Source of the DNA: Neoechinorhynchus agilis
Taxonomy: Eukaryota; Animalia; Acanthocephala
Direction of reading: 5' to 3'
Length of the DNA stretch: 64,000 nucleotides
Assembly: GCA_051530055.1 (NCBI GenBank)
Contig: CM121343.1
Location: forward strand, 4,682,389-4,746,388
Shown: positions 12,006-25,082 of the stretch, piece after piece
How the letters are laid out: the number at the start of each line of letters is the position of its first letter
How positions within the stretch are numbered: position 1 is the first letter of the stretch
Made by a program: the position numbers and the translations under genes
Notes under the pieces: generated by a model
Told to the model about the DNA's origin: nothing
Databases searched by the model: none
What the model saw: the letters and a program-made list of their open reading frames with translations, nothing else

Positions 12006-15000
12006 CTATAACCCAAATTGATAGATGCGTCCACTTTCAGTTCCAACATAGAAAAAACGGTGATGTCTAAATAGAAAACGATAAAATTTAGCTGAATAAA
12101 AAATTAGTGCTAAACTCACCTTGGAATATGAACAGCTGTGATGGATGATCCTTTGTCACAGAACGATTGATTGAGGTTGAACTTTGCAGCCAAAACGAGT
12201 GATCGTTTCCATTTACATCCAGCTTTCAGTGGTTTATCCGATCCATATTCGGTACTCAGATCGATACTTAAGCGATTTACTTCTTCATCGAATCTTCCTC
12301 TCCATAGACGATGAAAATGGTGGTGAGCGTTGCCTTGTCGATTCACTTGATTTTGGTTGACATGAGAACTGGCCTGCTGTAAATCATCTCGGGTAATGAA
12401 TATGAAATCGCCATCGTTGTTATCATCGTCGCAATCAAAGTAATCATGGAATTTTTGTCCACTCGATGAACTATATTCGATTTCATCTTTGGCCTGAACA
12501 AACTTTAAACGCCAGAGCATCACAAGCCCATCCGTAGTGCCACAAACAATCACATTGTCCGAATCCCAATCGTAGATCGTGGTCACATCTAGGTTTGAGA
12601 GCTTAAACATTCTAGCGAGATCACTTCTTCGGATATCAATTTTGGCTAACAAATAGCCATTCACAGTCCACACAAATAGCTCATAATCAGTGCATGATAC
12701 AATATCGGCCGTCTGACGATTAATCCTTACCGCATTCAGAGTCACGCTTTGTCCACCATCCTCGGAGTGAACAAGTTGTCTAACGAAGCTAAACTTGTTT
12801 ATATCCCAAATGATTGCTATTGAATCCGACGATCCGGAAACGATGATTCGATGATGATCACAAACATCGAGTGATGTTACTTTCCCGACCATATGATGAC
12901 CAGTTAATTTCGCGAGCAAATCAAATCTATATTCAGATGAAAGTTTAAACACGTAAACAATCGAATCGCCGCCGCCGATGATAACATAATTAGGAATAGT
13001 GCAAAGGCAACTGATCCCCGAAGGAACAAGACTTTTCTCACTCGTGAAAATTGTCTTGTCCGATTCAATAAGACCAATGCGTATACCGCCATCATCGTAA
13101 TCCCAATCAATATATCGACGTGAAGTGCTAGACGACGAGTTGGTAACTGCCAACGACGTTCGTTTTTGAGGGAATGCAATCACTCGTGAATTATTATGGA
13201 ACGATACGATCTTCCCACATGGAACTCCGATTGGCTTGAAGTCACGCACGACAGTGACCTTGAGTTTATGGATAGCTTTAAAGAATAAATCTTGATTACG
13301 GAGGTAGGTGACTGTGTTATCATCAGCTATTGAATCCAATAGACGACGCGAAAGCTTTTTTTGGACGTGTGGCTTACGAAATATCTGCTTCGGCACTTGA
13401 CCAAAGTTGTTTATAAAACCAATGGTAGCTTCTTTTGTTGTTGGATCATCTATTGTTTCGAAATCAACTGTACCTTCGTAAAATAGAGGATGAAATACAT
13501 TGCCGACTTCGACTGCGGAGCGTCCTCTTTGTCTAAAGCCAAAGATAAGGTCAATCCACTCATTTAGATGAGCTGATACGTAGTCGCTTTCAAGAGCTGC
13601 CCTGTGCAATCTTATAAACTCAAAAACATCGCCTTTAGCCCATGTGGGTAAAATAACATTATCCACTAGATCGCCGCACTGTTTTTGACCAAAATCGAAC
13701 TCGTTCGTATTTAAAAGGAACTCAGTGAGGTAAAAAAATTCAGGAATAAGCTCCTTGACATCTGACATATTGTTACGACTCGCTGAAAGCCAACTCTCCT
13801 TTATGCTGTGAAACGTCCTATCCGGTAGATCGAAGAGACCACCTTGGAGATTGACCACTACTTGTGAGAATGGTTCCAATCTTATCAGATATGTGGATAC
13901 AATCATCGCGCTCGAATAATGAGTATTATAGTGGTAAGGTGTCTGAATTCCATGAGTGTCATAGTTGTTCCAATCGTCAAAACGCTCTTTAAATTTGGCA
14001 AACCGCTCGGCTGACTGAGCGCCCATCGGTTTGCTCAGATCACGAAATGTCTCACAGTTCCTTAAATTCAACCTCGGGGAATCATAATCCGCCAAAATCC
14101 AAGGAAACACCGGATATTGCATCAAGTCATTGTATGAACGACCAGCAATAGTGTTCAAAAACATCAGATATTCGAAATTAGAAATCTCTCCGCGCTCCCA
14201 CTTTTGAGTCACTGATCGCTCTCCCAACAATGATGTCAAAAAAGTGCTTACGATTGAGTACAGATGAGTTTTACCAAAGAATATATTTCAATTTTAAAAC
14301 TTACCCCTGTTCGAGCTCAGTAGCGGCACTGCGTTGTCCAAATATCGATTCCTGATTCCTATTAGCTGAAAGATCTCCGGCAAGTGATAAGAAGCGTCTA
14401 TACATCCGATTTCGCTGTGACTTAAGAAATGCAAGAAGGACTGTTTGCCCTCCAGATGAGAATATTTCGATCGCATTTCTTTGAAGAAGGTAACGACGTT
14501 TGAACACTTCACGAATTTCCGCGTAGTCGAACTTCTCACAAAGTGATTTCCTTTAGATACCATTTAACTTTTAAAACATCTACTTTTCTGACTTACTCTT
14601 TAGGGTTTTCGCTCGACTTAGAAGATGTGACCAATCTAGGCAGTACAAAAACTAAACGAGATTGCCTGGCTATAAGATGAAAAATTGCTTACAACGAACA
14701 AAATACATACTGATCTTCGGAAAGTTGTGATATTCGAACAATTTCGTTATTACGTAGCACTGTATATTCATCGACAAAATAATAAGAATATTGACCAAAC
14801 AATAGGACTCCTTCGATAGCATCCACGGGTGTAATACGTGCACATCGACAGTACTCGCGGATCTATATTGTTAAATTAAAAAAAGATAAAAATTCAAACA
14901 CTGAGATGGTTGATCCACAAGTAAACGAGGGCGCTATGTGATTTATCATTGATATCAAGGTTGTCTCAGAGAAATTCACCACTACATTTTTTGGAATAAA

Positions 15001-18000
15001 AAACAATCAGTAATTCTAAAAGCAGTTTGTAGACAGAATGTGAGTTGCAATGGTTTTGAAGAAATGACTTAAAAAAATTACATTTGCGAAAATTATTTTT
15101 CGGCTTACTTTAGGTAGAGATCTGTGAAAGCTAAATGTATGAAATGAAATGGTAAAATGGGATCGGGTGACCAAAAAAAGAGACAGCTATAATGATTTAT
15201 TCTACGCGACATGAATGCGGCCGGAAAAATGGACTAGAAGAGGATAAACTTGAGGTTAAACATACAGCAAAGTGAAAGAAATGGTTCAATCTATGTAATA
15301 CGTTTATCTGGATAAACATTATGGTAATAGAATTTTAAATCACAAGGCAAAAGCCAACAGAGATGATGCACTCGGCGGATGCATTTCGTCAATTCACTAA
15401 AAAAAATTGTGGGTTGACCATGAAATATGTTAGATGAGTACTGAGACTGAGCTTTCGAGAACAGGGATCATAACCAATCTCAAGTATTACAGATACCTGT
15501 TCGTTTCGTCCTATTAACTTCCTAATGCTTTGATCAACAGATAGGTTTGCATCATCAATTTGAATTAATGAATCATCGGCCTGATGTTTAGCCATAACGG
15601 TATAATTAATGCTCAACACATCAAGTGAAGTTGATTTCCGTTCTTCATCCTCACTGTCGTCTTCCATTGCATCCCCATGCTTGTGACGACTGCTTAAGCT
15701 CTCAGATAATATCGAGACCGAATTAGTTACATCCTCGTTATCGTCCATATTGAATGCATCTAGATTGCGACTTGTGTTTCCACTACACTGAGCCGGCATG
15801 ATAGTAATGTTTTTAACTTCAGACAATCTTGCGCCGCAGAGTACATGAGCAAGTCGATCCACATGTTTGCTTCGAGGCCCTCTCTCTATTTTGAAGAATT
15901 CTTTAAATTGGCCAGAAACATCGTGGGCCATATAAAGTGAATAGAAATCTGAATTTTGCATCAGGCGCCTTCTCATTCGAGCAAAACCTTCGGTTGGATC
16001 GAGCTTCCATCTTTCTAAGATACTTGAACTATTCGAACCGAGTAACCCGCGTTGGCGATAAAATTCCTTTTTGTTACGATTCCAAAGGTTGCAAAAATAT
16101 TTTAGCTCTATGGATTCATCATCTCTGATTCTTTCCATCTCATTCTCGTACGAAACCACTACTAATTGAACAGCTTCCTCTTCCGTAAAGATTTCAGGTT
16201 CCTCAGGTCGCGAGATGTTTATCGTCCATTTTTTACATTCATCATTAATCATGCGGATATTCGATTGAGAATAAACCATCCAAGCTTGTTCAGCTTTAGC
16301 AGCTAACAGTCGTTTAGCTGATTGGAAATCGGTTAGTGAGTCTAATACGTTCGTTTGATTTTCACTTTCTAAAACACCCAGCGTTTCATATACGATCTCT
16401 GCTTTGTGTTGCTGTACCATATCGGACCACATTCGATTAATGGCAAGATCTACGAGACCTTGAACCTCGTTTGCATCAGTGTAGAGTTTGACCTTGTTGG
16501 AATTCTCAGGCGACGTCCAAGAGGTACATTTGCACATACAATAAAAAAGACATGACCAGAATTGTGGATCACTGTTCAATGTTGAATGAATTATATGTCG
16601 GAAATTTGTAAGTTCATGAATTTTATCGATCGTAGAAATACGTTCGGCTATAGTTACAGCTGGCAAAGACATCGAATAAAGTACAAGACGATTGAATTGT
16701 TTGAGCATACGCAATGAAATCACGTTTAGATCATCATACGGCGAGTCTGCAGAGCCACCGAATTCGATGATCAGACGTCCTATTAATTTGATCAAACACT
16801 TTAGATCACAAGTGTATTGGTTAGCACATACACGATTCATAAGAAGTTCCACTATTGCCACGGTTGTCTCCATGTGGGTAGTAGTTCTCTGAAAGGTCAA
16901 TGGCTTTTGATTTTTTTGGAAAATATTTCTCATAGTCACACTTACCGATGTTTCGGAAAATTCACGCAAATAGTGCGAATAGTTGGTCAGAATTGATAAG
17001 AGAAGCTCTGAAGTCACTTCAAGCTCTATTGATTTAGAGGACATATCCTGAATCATACAATCAAGGATTATTAGCGGCGACCGATTAGAATTATTAGCTT
17101 CACTTCGTTTTTTATTCGACTTTGCACATTGTTTGTCGGTATAGAGACATTGAATCAAAACGTCTCGTATTAATTTCATTAGAGTTTTTCGAGTTACGTC
17201 GAATAATTCCTTACATATGTGTCCGTCGTTCATAAACGAATATATAGCTTCTAAGAATTTCACCAGAGATCGCAAAACAAAGGTGACTGTTCTACTATGG
17301 TGCAATGTATCGCTTGTGTAAAGAAAATGTTCATCGTATATAAGGACATTGAGATCGTTCAAGAGGACAATAGCAACCGCAGCATCTGCGGAATTCCCGG
17401 AGGCGTTGTACATTATCGATTGAGCGAATTCAACCAATACACCAATGAACTCTGGAACGGTTACTTTATCTGGATTATTCAATGAGTTCCTAACTTCAAA
17501 TCGGAATTCCTTTTCGATTACAACATTCCTTTTATTAGTTGCACTGAAACTGTGACCAGATTGGCATTTCATGATATCGAATATTTCGCTAATTATTGGA
17601 GAATGGCAATCCGAATCACGGGCATGAAATGACAGCTTGTGAGAAAGTCGCTCAAAGAAAAACATTCGATCGTCTGCAGGCATTTGATTAGATGACTCAA
17701 AAAGCAACCTGGAATATACGTTTGGTGGTCGTTGAATTGAGCGGAAAGCGCACAAGAGTTCCGATATAGTGCAGCATGAATTTATCATTTTCAAACAGGC
17801 CATAACGATCCCATAATTAACGTGGGGTCGTATCAGTGCGGTTATGAAACATGGACCGAGTAATCTGATTATCTTCGCAATCACTGGATCTCCATTGTTT
17901 CTGAATGTGCAATCTTCCATTATGGCCTCGATAACACTTTTGGCAACTTGAGGTTGTCGTTCAATCGCCCACAAAGTGAATTGGCAAAATGTCGTAAGAA

Positions 18001-21000
18001 CGTGATCAGAGGTTGAGCATAGAGCAATCATTAAACGGCACTTTTCTTGAACTAAAAATAAATCGTGATCGATACTCGATGCGATTTCGATTTGTAATCT
18101 TTTGACGAACTTGCATTGATCAATCAGTTTAGCGATTCCATCTTCATTTGAAACAATACGGATAAAATCCATGATTTGTGTTTGAACCGCACAGGAAGCT
18201 ACTTTCCAAACTCCGACATCGCATATCAGTTGCTCAAAAGCGTCTTGAATGATAACACCTCGATCCCAAGTTTTAGCATCACTGAAATCTATAGACGAGT
18301 TCTGACTAATAATACAAAATAGTATTCTGACAACCAATGAATTGACTGTTCTTCGTTTCCTTCGTAACAGGTATCGTAATACACCGTATCCGTTGTTTTG
18401 AACCATTTGAGAAAAGAGTGTGGGACTACTGTTGATAAGATTGGAAATAGTGGTCAGCATATGCAAAATTGAATCCGATTCTCCAGTCGATAATGACAAT
18501 TCGGTCATAGCAAGAATCAAGGTAGTCCCATTTGAGATCCTTTCTAAAAATAATCTTAAGTTGTTAGGTTTAATTAATTCGACTGGGTTCGGTTTTTGGA
18601 ATCTGCAATCGGTTAATGGTGGTTTGAACAAAAGTGCACCAATCGTCCTAGGAGCTCCGGGTAGCTTAAGCGCTAAATTATGCACTAGATCGACTTCGAG
18701 ATCATTTTCTTCGGCGCATCCTCGGTGATTTAAGACTTGCCCAACAATTGGCTCTTGACTTATTATTTTTTTAAGAGATAACTGTCGTGTAGCGTTTCCG
18801 GGTTGAATATAAAAAGAAAGTTTGTCTTCTGATACTGAAAAGTTGTTTTTCAGAATTGAGAATATACCATCACAGTTTGGGCCTATGTGATATAGCATCT
18901 TTACGGTATTTACAGCGACACATTCTTCAAGCAGACAAACAGAGCCTTGTCTCATAATCATTATAGCATTTAGCTGTTGAAGTTGATATTCACTTTCGCT
19001 GCTTCTAATACCGAACCTTGCATTTCCAATTATTGCATATACTATTGGTCTTGGAGAAGCTTCGTGTGGATTTAAATTGTTTGCAGGTGCAGACAAAATG
19101 GAACTAGCGCTTACATAATGAAGTTTTTTTGAACCAATAGATTGAGCATTGATATACAATTGAACTCCACTGCTGCTGAATAGTGCGCGAGAGAAAGTAA
19201 GTGTAAAGTTAATCCAATCACCACTAATGATTCGTTTAAACCAGTCAAGTAAATGAAAATTAGCTTGAGAAGTTTCTAAGGTAGATAAATCTAATGCCTT
19301 CTGTAGATAATAAGTTGATACCGTTAATGTGGCTTTACTTAAGTTCAGGAAAACTTTATAAACAGGCAATTCACCCAATCGATCGTTCACAGTTCGACAT
19401 GCAATCGTCAGTAAATTTATAACGCCTTGAGTTTTGTTGGGTGTCAATGTAAACCATGTCGAAAAAGTGAATCCACTTTGAGGCGGAAAACTTCTTTCAG
19501 TTTGAGGTCTTACGGTAAATGATAACTCAGGACCTGCTATAGTAAGATGCCCAACCGGCGGAGTTCTCCATTCATTGGTGCTAATAACAGCTGGGCAAAT
19601 ATTAGGTATGAGAATATAAGAATACTTTGATGCAGGATTTCGATTACCGCATATTGGATAGCATTCGTTCGAGGTCCACTCGCAATCGCGTAAGCGAATA
19701 AACGGGATACACGATATGTGTTTATCATCCGCAGTGATTGCTGACATAATACGAGCTTTAACGCCAACGTGGTACACCGAACTGGCCATTTCGCTCATTT
19801 GGTATCTTAACAAACATTCGTTAAAATCATCATCAATGCCAAATCTCAGGAATCTTCGAATATCCGTATCTTTTATACATATTCGGCTTAAACGCACGAC
19901 CATAGTGTGTACCATATCGCTCCATGGGTGAAATTCATCACATATCTCTGATTGAAATAAATCGAACAAAATCGTGACATATTCTTCGGGTCGGTCCAAC
20001 TGTTCAGATTCGACGCCAAATAGTACTTTAGACTTCAAATAATTTAAACAGTGTAAACATTGATCAGATGACGGAGTGCAACCATCGAGCTTGGACATAG
20101 ATTTTAAAAAACTCAAACATGAAGCGAAACACGTTCTGCTGATGACTAAATTCTGGAAAAGGCTTCCAAACGTTAGGTCTGTCATAAGTACGAAGACTAA
20201 GGTTGAAGCCAAGATTCCGGTTTGATTTTTGTCAGGATTCGTAATGGAAATCGAGGTTCCCTCAAAGAAGTGATTGAACATTCTTTCAATCTCACGCAAA
20301 TGGTTATTTTCAGATTCAGCTTCATTTTTCAAATGTCTCAAGATCATTCGATCTAGTGTTTGTCGCTTATGTTTGTCACAGTCAAAAAACCCAAGTCTTA
20401 AAATCGCATCACAGAAAGCTGACGAACCTACTTCTTCTTCAAAACACTGATTATTGATTGGATCGTTTGTAAAAATAATTTTCATCACGCTGAATATCGT
20501 CTTTATAACGCCAAAAAACGCATCCAGGTTTATACTTATAATGTTTCTCGGGATTAAAATATCGTCCATTGATAAGAGGGTCGACATAATAAAAATAAAT
20601 CCACCCACCTTTCGGAACAAGCTGCGACACTGTGCGCTAGAAGCCATTAAATGCTCTAAAGTTTCCAGTATGCTCATTCGAACCGCAAGGTCGCTAAGAT
20701 TGCTTAAATTGGCGAGAAGCTGAGCCATATCGTCTTCTTCAATAGAAGTCCTAAAAATCGTCTCCATTAAATACAATGCATTCCTCCTCAGTACCGCCTT
20801 CGATGGAATGAGATATTCTAGTAGGCGAATACCTGATAATTCACGGAAACGGCTACAACTCACAACATTTCCATCTAAACATACACGAAGAACATCAATA
20901 ACTGAAATCGTTCTCTTGATCGATTGGGGCGACAATGTCTGTGCAGCTTCTGTTAAATTCGCATGTGAACGACACAATCGACTGAGGGTGCGCTTTGGTG

Positions 21001-22729
21001 ATGGAGGGTCAAAGATCTTACTGATGTTTCTCAGACTTATTGGTTCACATTTTGCAACTGAAATTTTCTTCATTAGATCCACAAAAGGGTGAAGATAGTC
21101 TTCTGTAAAAATATCAATTATGCCGAACTTTAACAAAAGAGTTTTGCCGCAGATAGTCTTAGAATTTTGTGATGCTATTTGTTTTAAAAACTCAAAGCAG
21201 TTATTCTCCAGACTGTTAGTTTGAAATGTATGAAATGTTAATAACTTCTTAACAGCTTGAATTTCTGACAAAGGAAATATCTTTAGTTTTTGTGTAATTT
21301 TAAGAATGAGTGAAAATAATCGTTGGCTTATTGAATTGGGCGTTTGTGGCAATCTTTCAATTATACCACTTAAGAGAGATACTGATTGCATCGCAAAATA
21401 ATTCTTAACATTATCTTCGATCAACTTTTCTGTGGCACTCAATAAACAATCGTGTAGAGTTTTAGTTTTTGCCTTCGTGAGCAATTCACCCAGAATGTGG
21501 ATAGCATCTGGATTCTTTATAATCTCCTTTTCTGATTTTATCTGATCGTAGATCGATGTTTTCCAATCTGGTACGGTCGCTATGACTGCCTGGTTCTGCA
21601 ACTTCTCACTTAAATCTGATTCAATGTCCTGAGTGTAAGAAGGAATATTGTAAGAAGAAGATTGGTTGGAGTCATAATTGAACTTGCTTAAATCGAGAAC
21701 GAGATTTGTAGCTGTTTTAAGGAGATTACGATGTCGTTCGTTGAGGTCGTCACTATCGAATCTTAGGATAAATTTAGTAAGAGCGGTGTATCCAGCGTAG
21801 ACTTTAAAATCATCCAAGATCAAAGAGGTGTATTCGCATGATTCACAAACAAATCGGACCATAGATTTGCTTAGATGAATCACATGAGCTTCAAAGGCCA
21901 ATGTGAGATCATCTTCTCCAAATCGACTAATCAAAGGTCGCTTAGTTAAAATGTCGCAAGTGGTGTCCATGGTCGAAACGAAATGTTTAATGCATCCTTT
22001 AGATCTCAAATAGTCGATGACAATGGATGTCAACGCACACTTTGCAATCACAATCATAGCCTCTGAACTAACTTCGTGAAACCATTGAGCAGTATCACGT
22101 TGTTCGGGCCACATCCGAGCAACCCAAAATATATACTTTAAATCTCCACTCAGTACTAATTGTTCCACACACGCCTTACGACTTAGGAGTTTTAGAAAAA
22201 CGTCTCTGAACGCATCCACGTTTGCAGGAAGATCGTCGGTTTTGTAGCAGGAATAAGCCTGGATCAATCTTGACAGTGAGCATGATAATGAACATATACC
22301 ACAAATGTCAAGCAGTTTCGTTGGCCCTTTACAGCAAAGAAGTCTAAGAACGGAAAGCAGCTTCGCACCACAACCGTTTTCCGGGCCGAAAAAGTCTTCA
22401 ATTACACTTTCTCTTCCACTATGAAATGCCGCCATTAATTTGTTGACCTCGTGAGTAAATGTATTGCACAGACAACGGGTGAACTCGTCGATTCCACTAA
22501 AAATCGACTCCCATTTGTCAGCAGGCAACCGTGAAAATACGTATTCCATCAAAGGAGCGGACTTATTGAGCAATATAATCCTTGCGGAATCACCATCATC
22601 CGTCAAAGATTGAACACCTTGAATCTCATTAAGCAACCTTCGTAGCTGACTTATTTTTCTGTCCAAGTCGCGTGGATCGTTCGAATTGTTCTTTCGATTC
22701 CGCGTAAAAGGCAGAAATAGTCGATTCAT
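12006..22729 (-). CDS. WDFY3: WDFY3/ALFY-like BEACH protein (ARM/ConA-like N-terminus, PH, BEACH, WD40), ~3295 aa, no FYVE detected
   Basis: Exons 22729-15497, 14862-14711, 14665-14597, 14550-14305, 14246-12120 and 12066-12006 sum to 9888 nt in one open frame. WDFY3-like motifs: FRKVGGFIFI, PH YCRCARITPVDAIEGVLLFG and EVFKRRYLLQ, BEACH SVTQKWERGEISNFEYLMFLNTIAGRSYNDLMQYPVFPWILADYDS and SASRNNMSDVKELIPEFFYL, WD40 IIVSGSSDSIAIIWDIN, final KWKRSLVLAAKF...YVGTESGRIYQFGL*. Confidence 0.95.
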
Positions 22730-23841
22730 CTTTAAATGCGATTTGGGGAAATCAACGGACCATAGCGCAATGATGTCATGCCGCTTTAAGTCGTAATCAA
22801 CATGTCCAAAACAAATTCTTCCAGATGATGCATGCGCCCGTGTTCAAAGTAACGCGTTTAAACGTACCAGTCATTTGGGTTGTCGTGATTGTGACCGTTT
22901 TTTGGAGAAGTCTGTGCATGCATAAATCTACCATTATCGGCACCTCTTAGAATTAATACATAGAATTGAAACGATCAGATGACTCGATCAATCCGAACGT
23001 TTTATGGTCAGAAGCATCAAAGGAATTTACTCAAGCAACTTATGGATTAAGAAAGTGAACCGTACGAGCCTCGCCTCCTCGAAAGGAATGGTACAAACTC
23101 ATAACCGCGTCGTATGGTTCAGCAGCAGGGTATAAAATATGTGATCTTATGCGCTATTTCCTGACCCGGATCAGTGGGCTAAATGCTCAAGGAGGAAAAT
23201 TATTAGCTGTAAGAAAGGCCATACTTAAACACTGGAATTTTATTAGTTCTTCAAAATCAACGGAAAATCATTAATAGTACGAAAATTTCACTCTTTCGAC
23301 TCATATATTTTAACAAAAGTATTCAAGTGATCGAAATTAATTCAATCCAATTGTATTGACAATCTGATCTCAGCATTAAGCTTATGATTTCCCCTCGCAT
23401 GTCGTCCATAATATATCCTATTTCCATATAAAGTCGAACCTTACACCATTTTTCATTTAGATGGCTACATTTTAAAAAATCATCGTCGATGTTTGGTAAT
23501 AAATGCTAATAAAAAGCAATAGCGTCTACGTTGGTTTAGCAATCGAAGTTCCATACCTCTCAGTTATGAAAATGGTAGCTTGAAAATTAGATTGGCACCT
23601 GACGAGGTTGCCGCAGATTTGGATGCTTGAAAGTTCAAACCGACGTGGATCGCCAATCAGTTCAATTCTTTTGCAAGGTACACCGCTTGTGATCGACAAC
23701 AATGAACTGATTTATAAAAGTAAGCAAACGTTTTGGTTCACGCTTGGCGCTCTGCTGCTATGTTCATCCTATTCATAAATTTGAAAACATCCAAGCGAGT
23801 AGAGTAAATAATCTTCGATAGACACAAGCGTAAATTTAGGC

Positions 23842-24460
23842 CTGGGGTCTCAAACACATCGCCCCCTGGGTCGCATTCGGCCCGCGAAGGATTTTCGTAC
23901 GGCCTTGGCGCATTTACATACAATTTATAAAATTGACATTATTTCCAATTGTTCTATTTCCGATTGCGCAGAAAACGGACAAAATTGGTTTATTATCATT
24001 CGCCGTTGACTACATTGTTTAAATTTCATTTGAGTAAGCCATGCCCACTGTTTCGAGAGATCCTTCAGAGTTAAATTACGTTTATGGATGAAACAACTTG
24101 GTGAAGGCAATTTGTCTCAATTCTGAATTCCTGAAGCAAAGTTGAACCCGAATGCTGCAAAGAATATATAGATTAAATGTCTGAGCTACTTCAGCATTTT
24201 AATCTGCGCTTTGCAAATTTTAAGTTACTGCAGCCACAATTTAAAAAAAATTCGATGCCGTTTTCTGTAGAGATTGACACTTACTGAGAAATAGCAAATT
24301 TAGTTGGTGGAACTCCCGTGCGATACTATCTTGAAGGAGAAATATACAGAAGTAGGCATTCCAGAATTCTACACGTTTCTTTCAAGAGAATGATTTCCAA
24401 GGTTACTCTCTACGTATGCACGTGAACAGTTTTTCACGTCCATTAAAGTTAACTATAATG
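23842..24460 (+). mobile_element. Degenerate hAT-Charlie DNA transposon remnant
   Basis: Left end CTGGGGTCTCAAAC...GGGTCGCATTCGGCCCGCG resembles hAT-Charlie termini. Broken frames give LSFAVD, SFRVKLRLWMKQLGEGNLSQF*, HFNLRFANFKLLQPQFKKNSMPFSVEID and STYAREQFFTSIK, resembling the Charlie/GTF2IRD2 C-terminal KLxLW and STYxCEQxFS motifs. No right TIR found. Confidence 0.8.
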
Positions 24461-25082
24461 TACTCAGTTTGCGATAGCAACACTGAGATTGGTTTCTTCT
24501 CATAATATTAACACGTTTATTTGTTTGCAAGATAACAAGAAATTGACAAGTGTACCTTTAGTTCCTCTTTGTGGCATTGTTTTTGATGAAGATAGGATAA
24601 TCGTTATTTGAGCGATAAACCATGTTGATTTGAATCCATGGAGTCCAACATTGATGCCCTTGTTGACGCAAACTACTGAAAAGTGATCGAAACAAAATCA
24701 CTAATACAGATACTCCAAATAGTATATTATAGTACGGTTTTTAAATTAACTGCTACATCAAATTTGTAATAAATGGATTTGAGAAAGTTTGTAAAGCATT
24801 ACGTTCTTATTATGTTGTCTTGTTTGTTATTTTTTATAATTTTAACCCCAAGTTCTGACTATCAGGCTCTCGAGGAACCATCCCGTTCAGTTTGGGTCCT
24901 GACGGATAGTAGGGAACCAGATTCGCCGAGCTCTATTTTCTGAAGATGTAGTGAAACCATCACAGCATATGGAAAATCGATGCGTGGTATATTCGATATC
25001 CTGTAAGGATTGTGATCAGGTCTAAATTGGACGGACAAAACAGGGGATGCGAAAAAAGAGTCAAGCAACATGAGTATGTGCT

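Noticed and set aside
15389-15496. C-terminal extension of the 2446-aa ORF (VSVILEIGYDP...)
   Set aside because: Read-through into the intron after the CAG|GTATCT donor; PH-domain similarity resumes at 14862.
15937-21092. Plus-strand ORFs overlapping WDFY3
   Set aside because: Antisense shadows of a long coding exon with no independent features.
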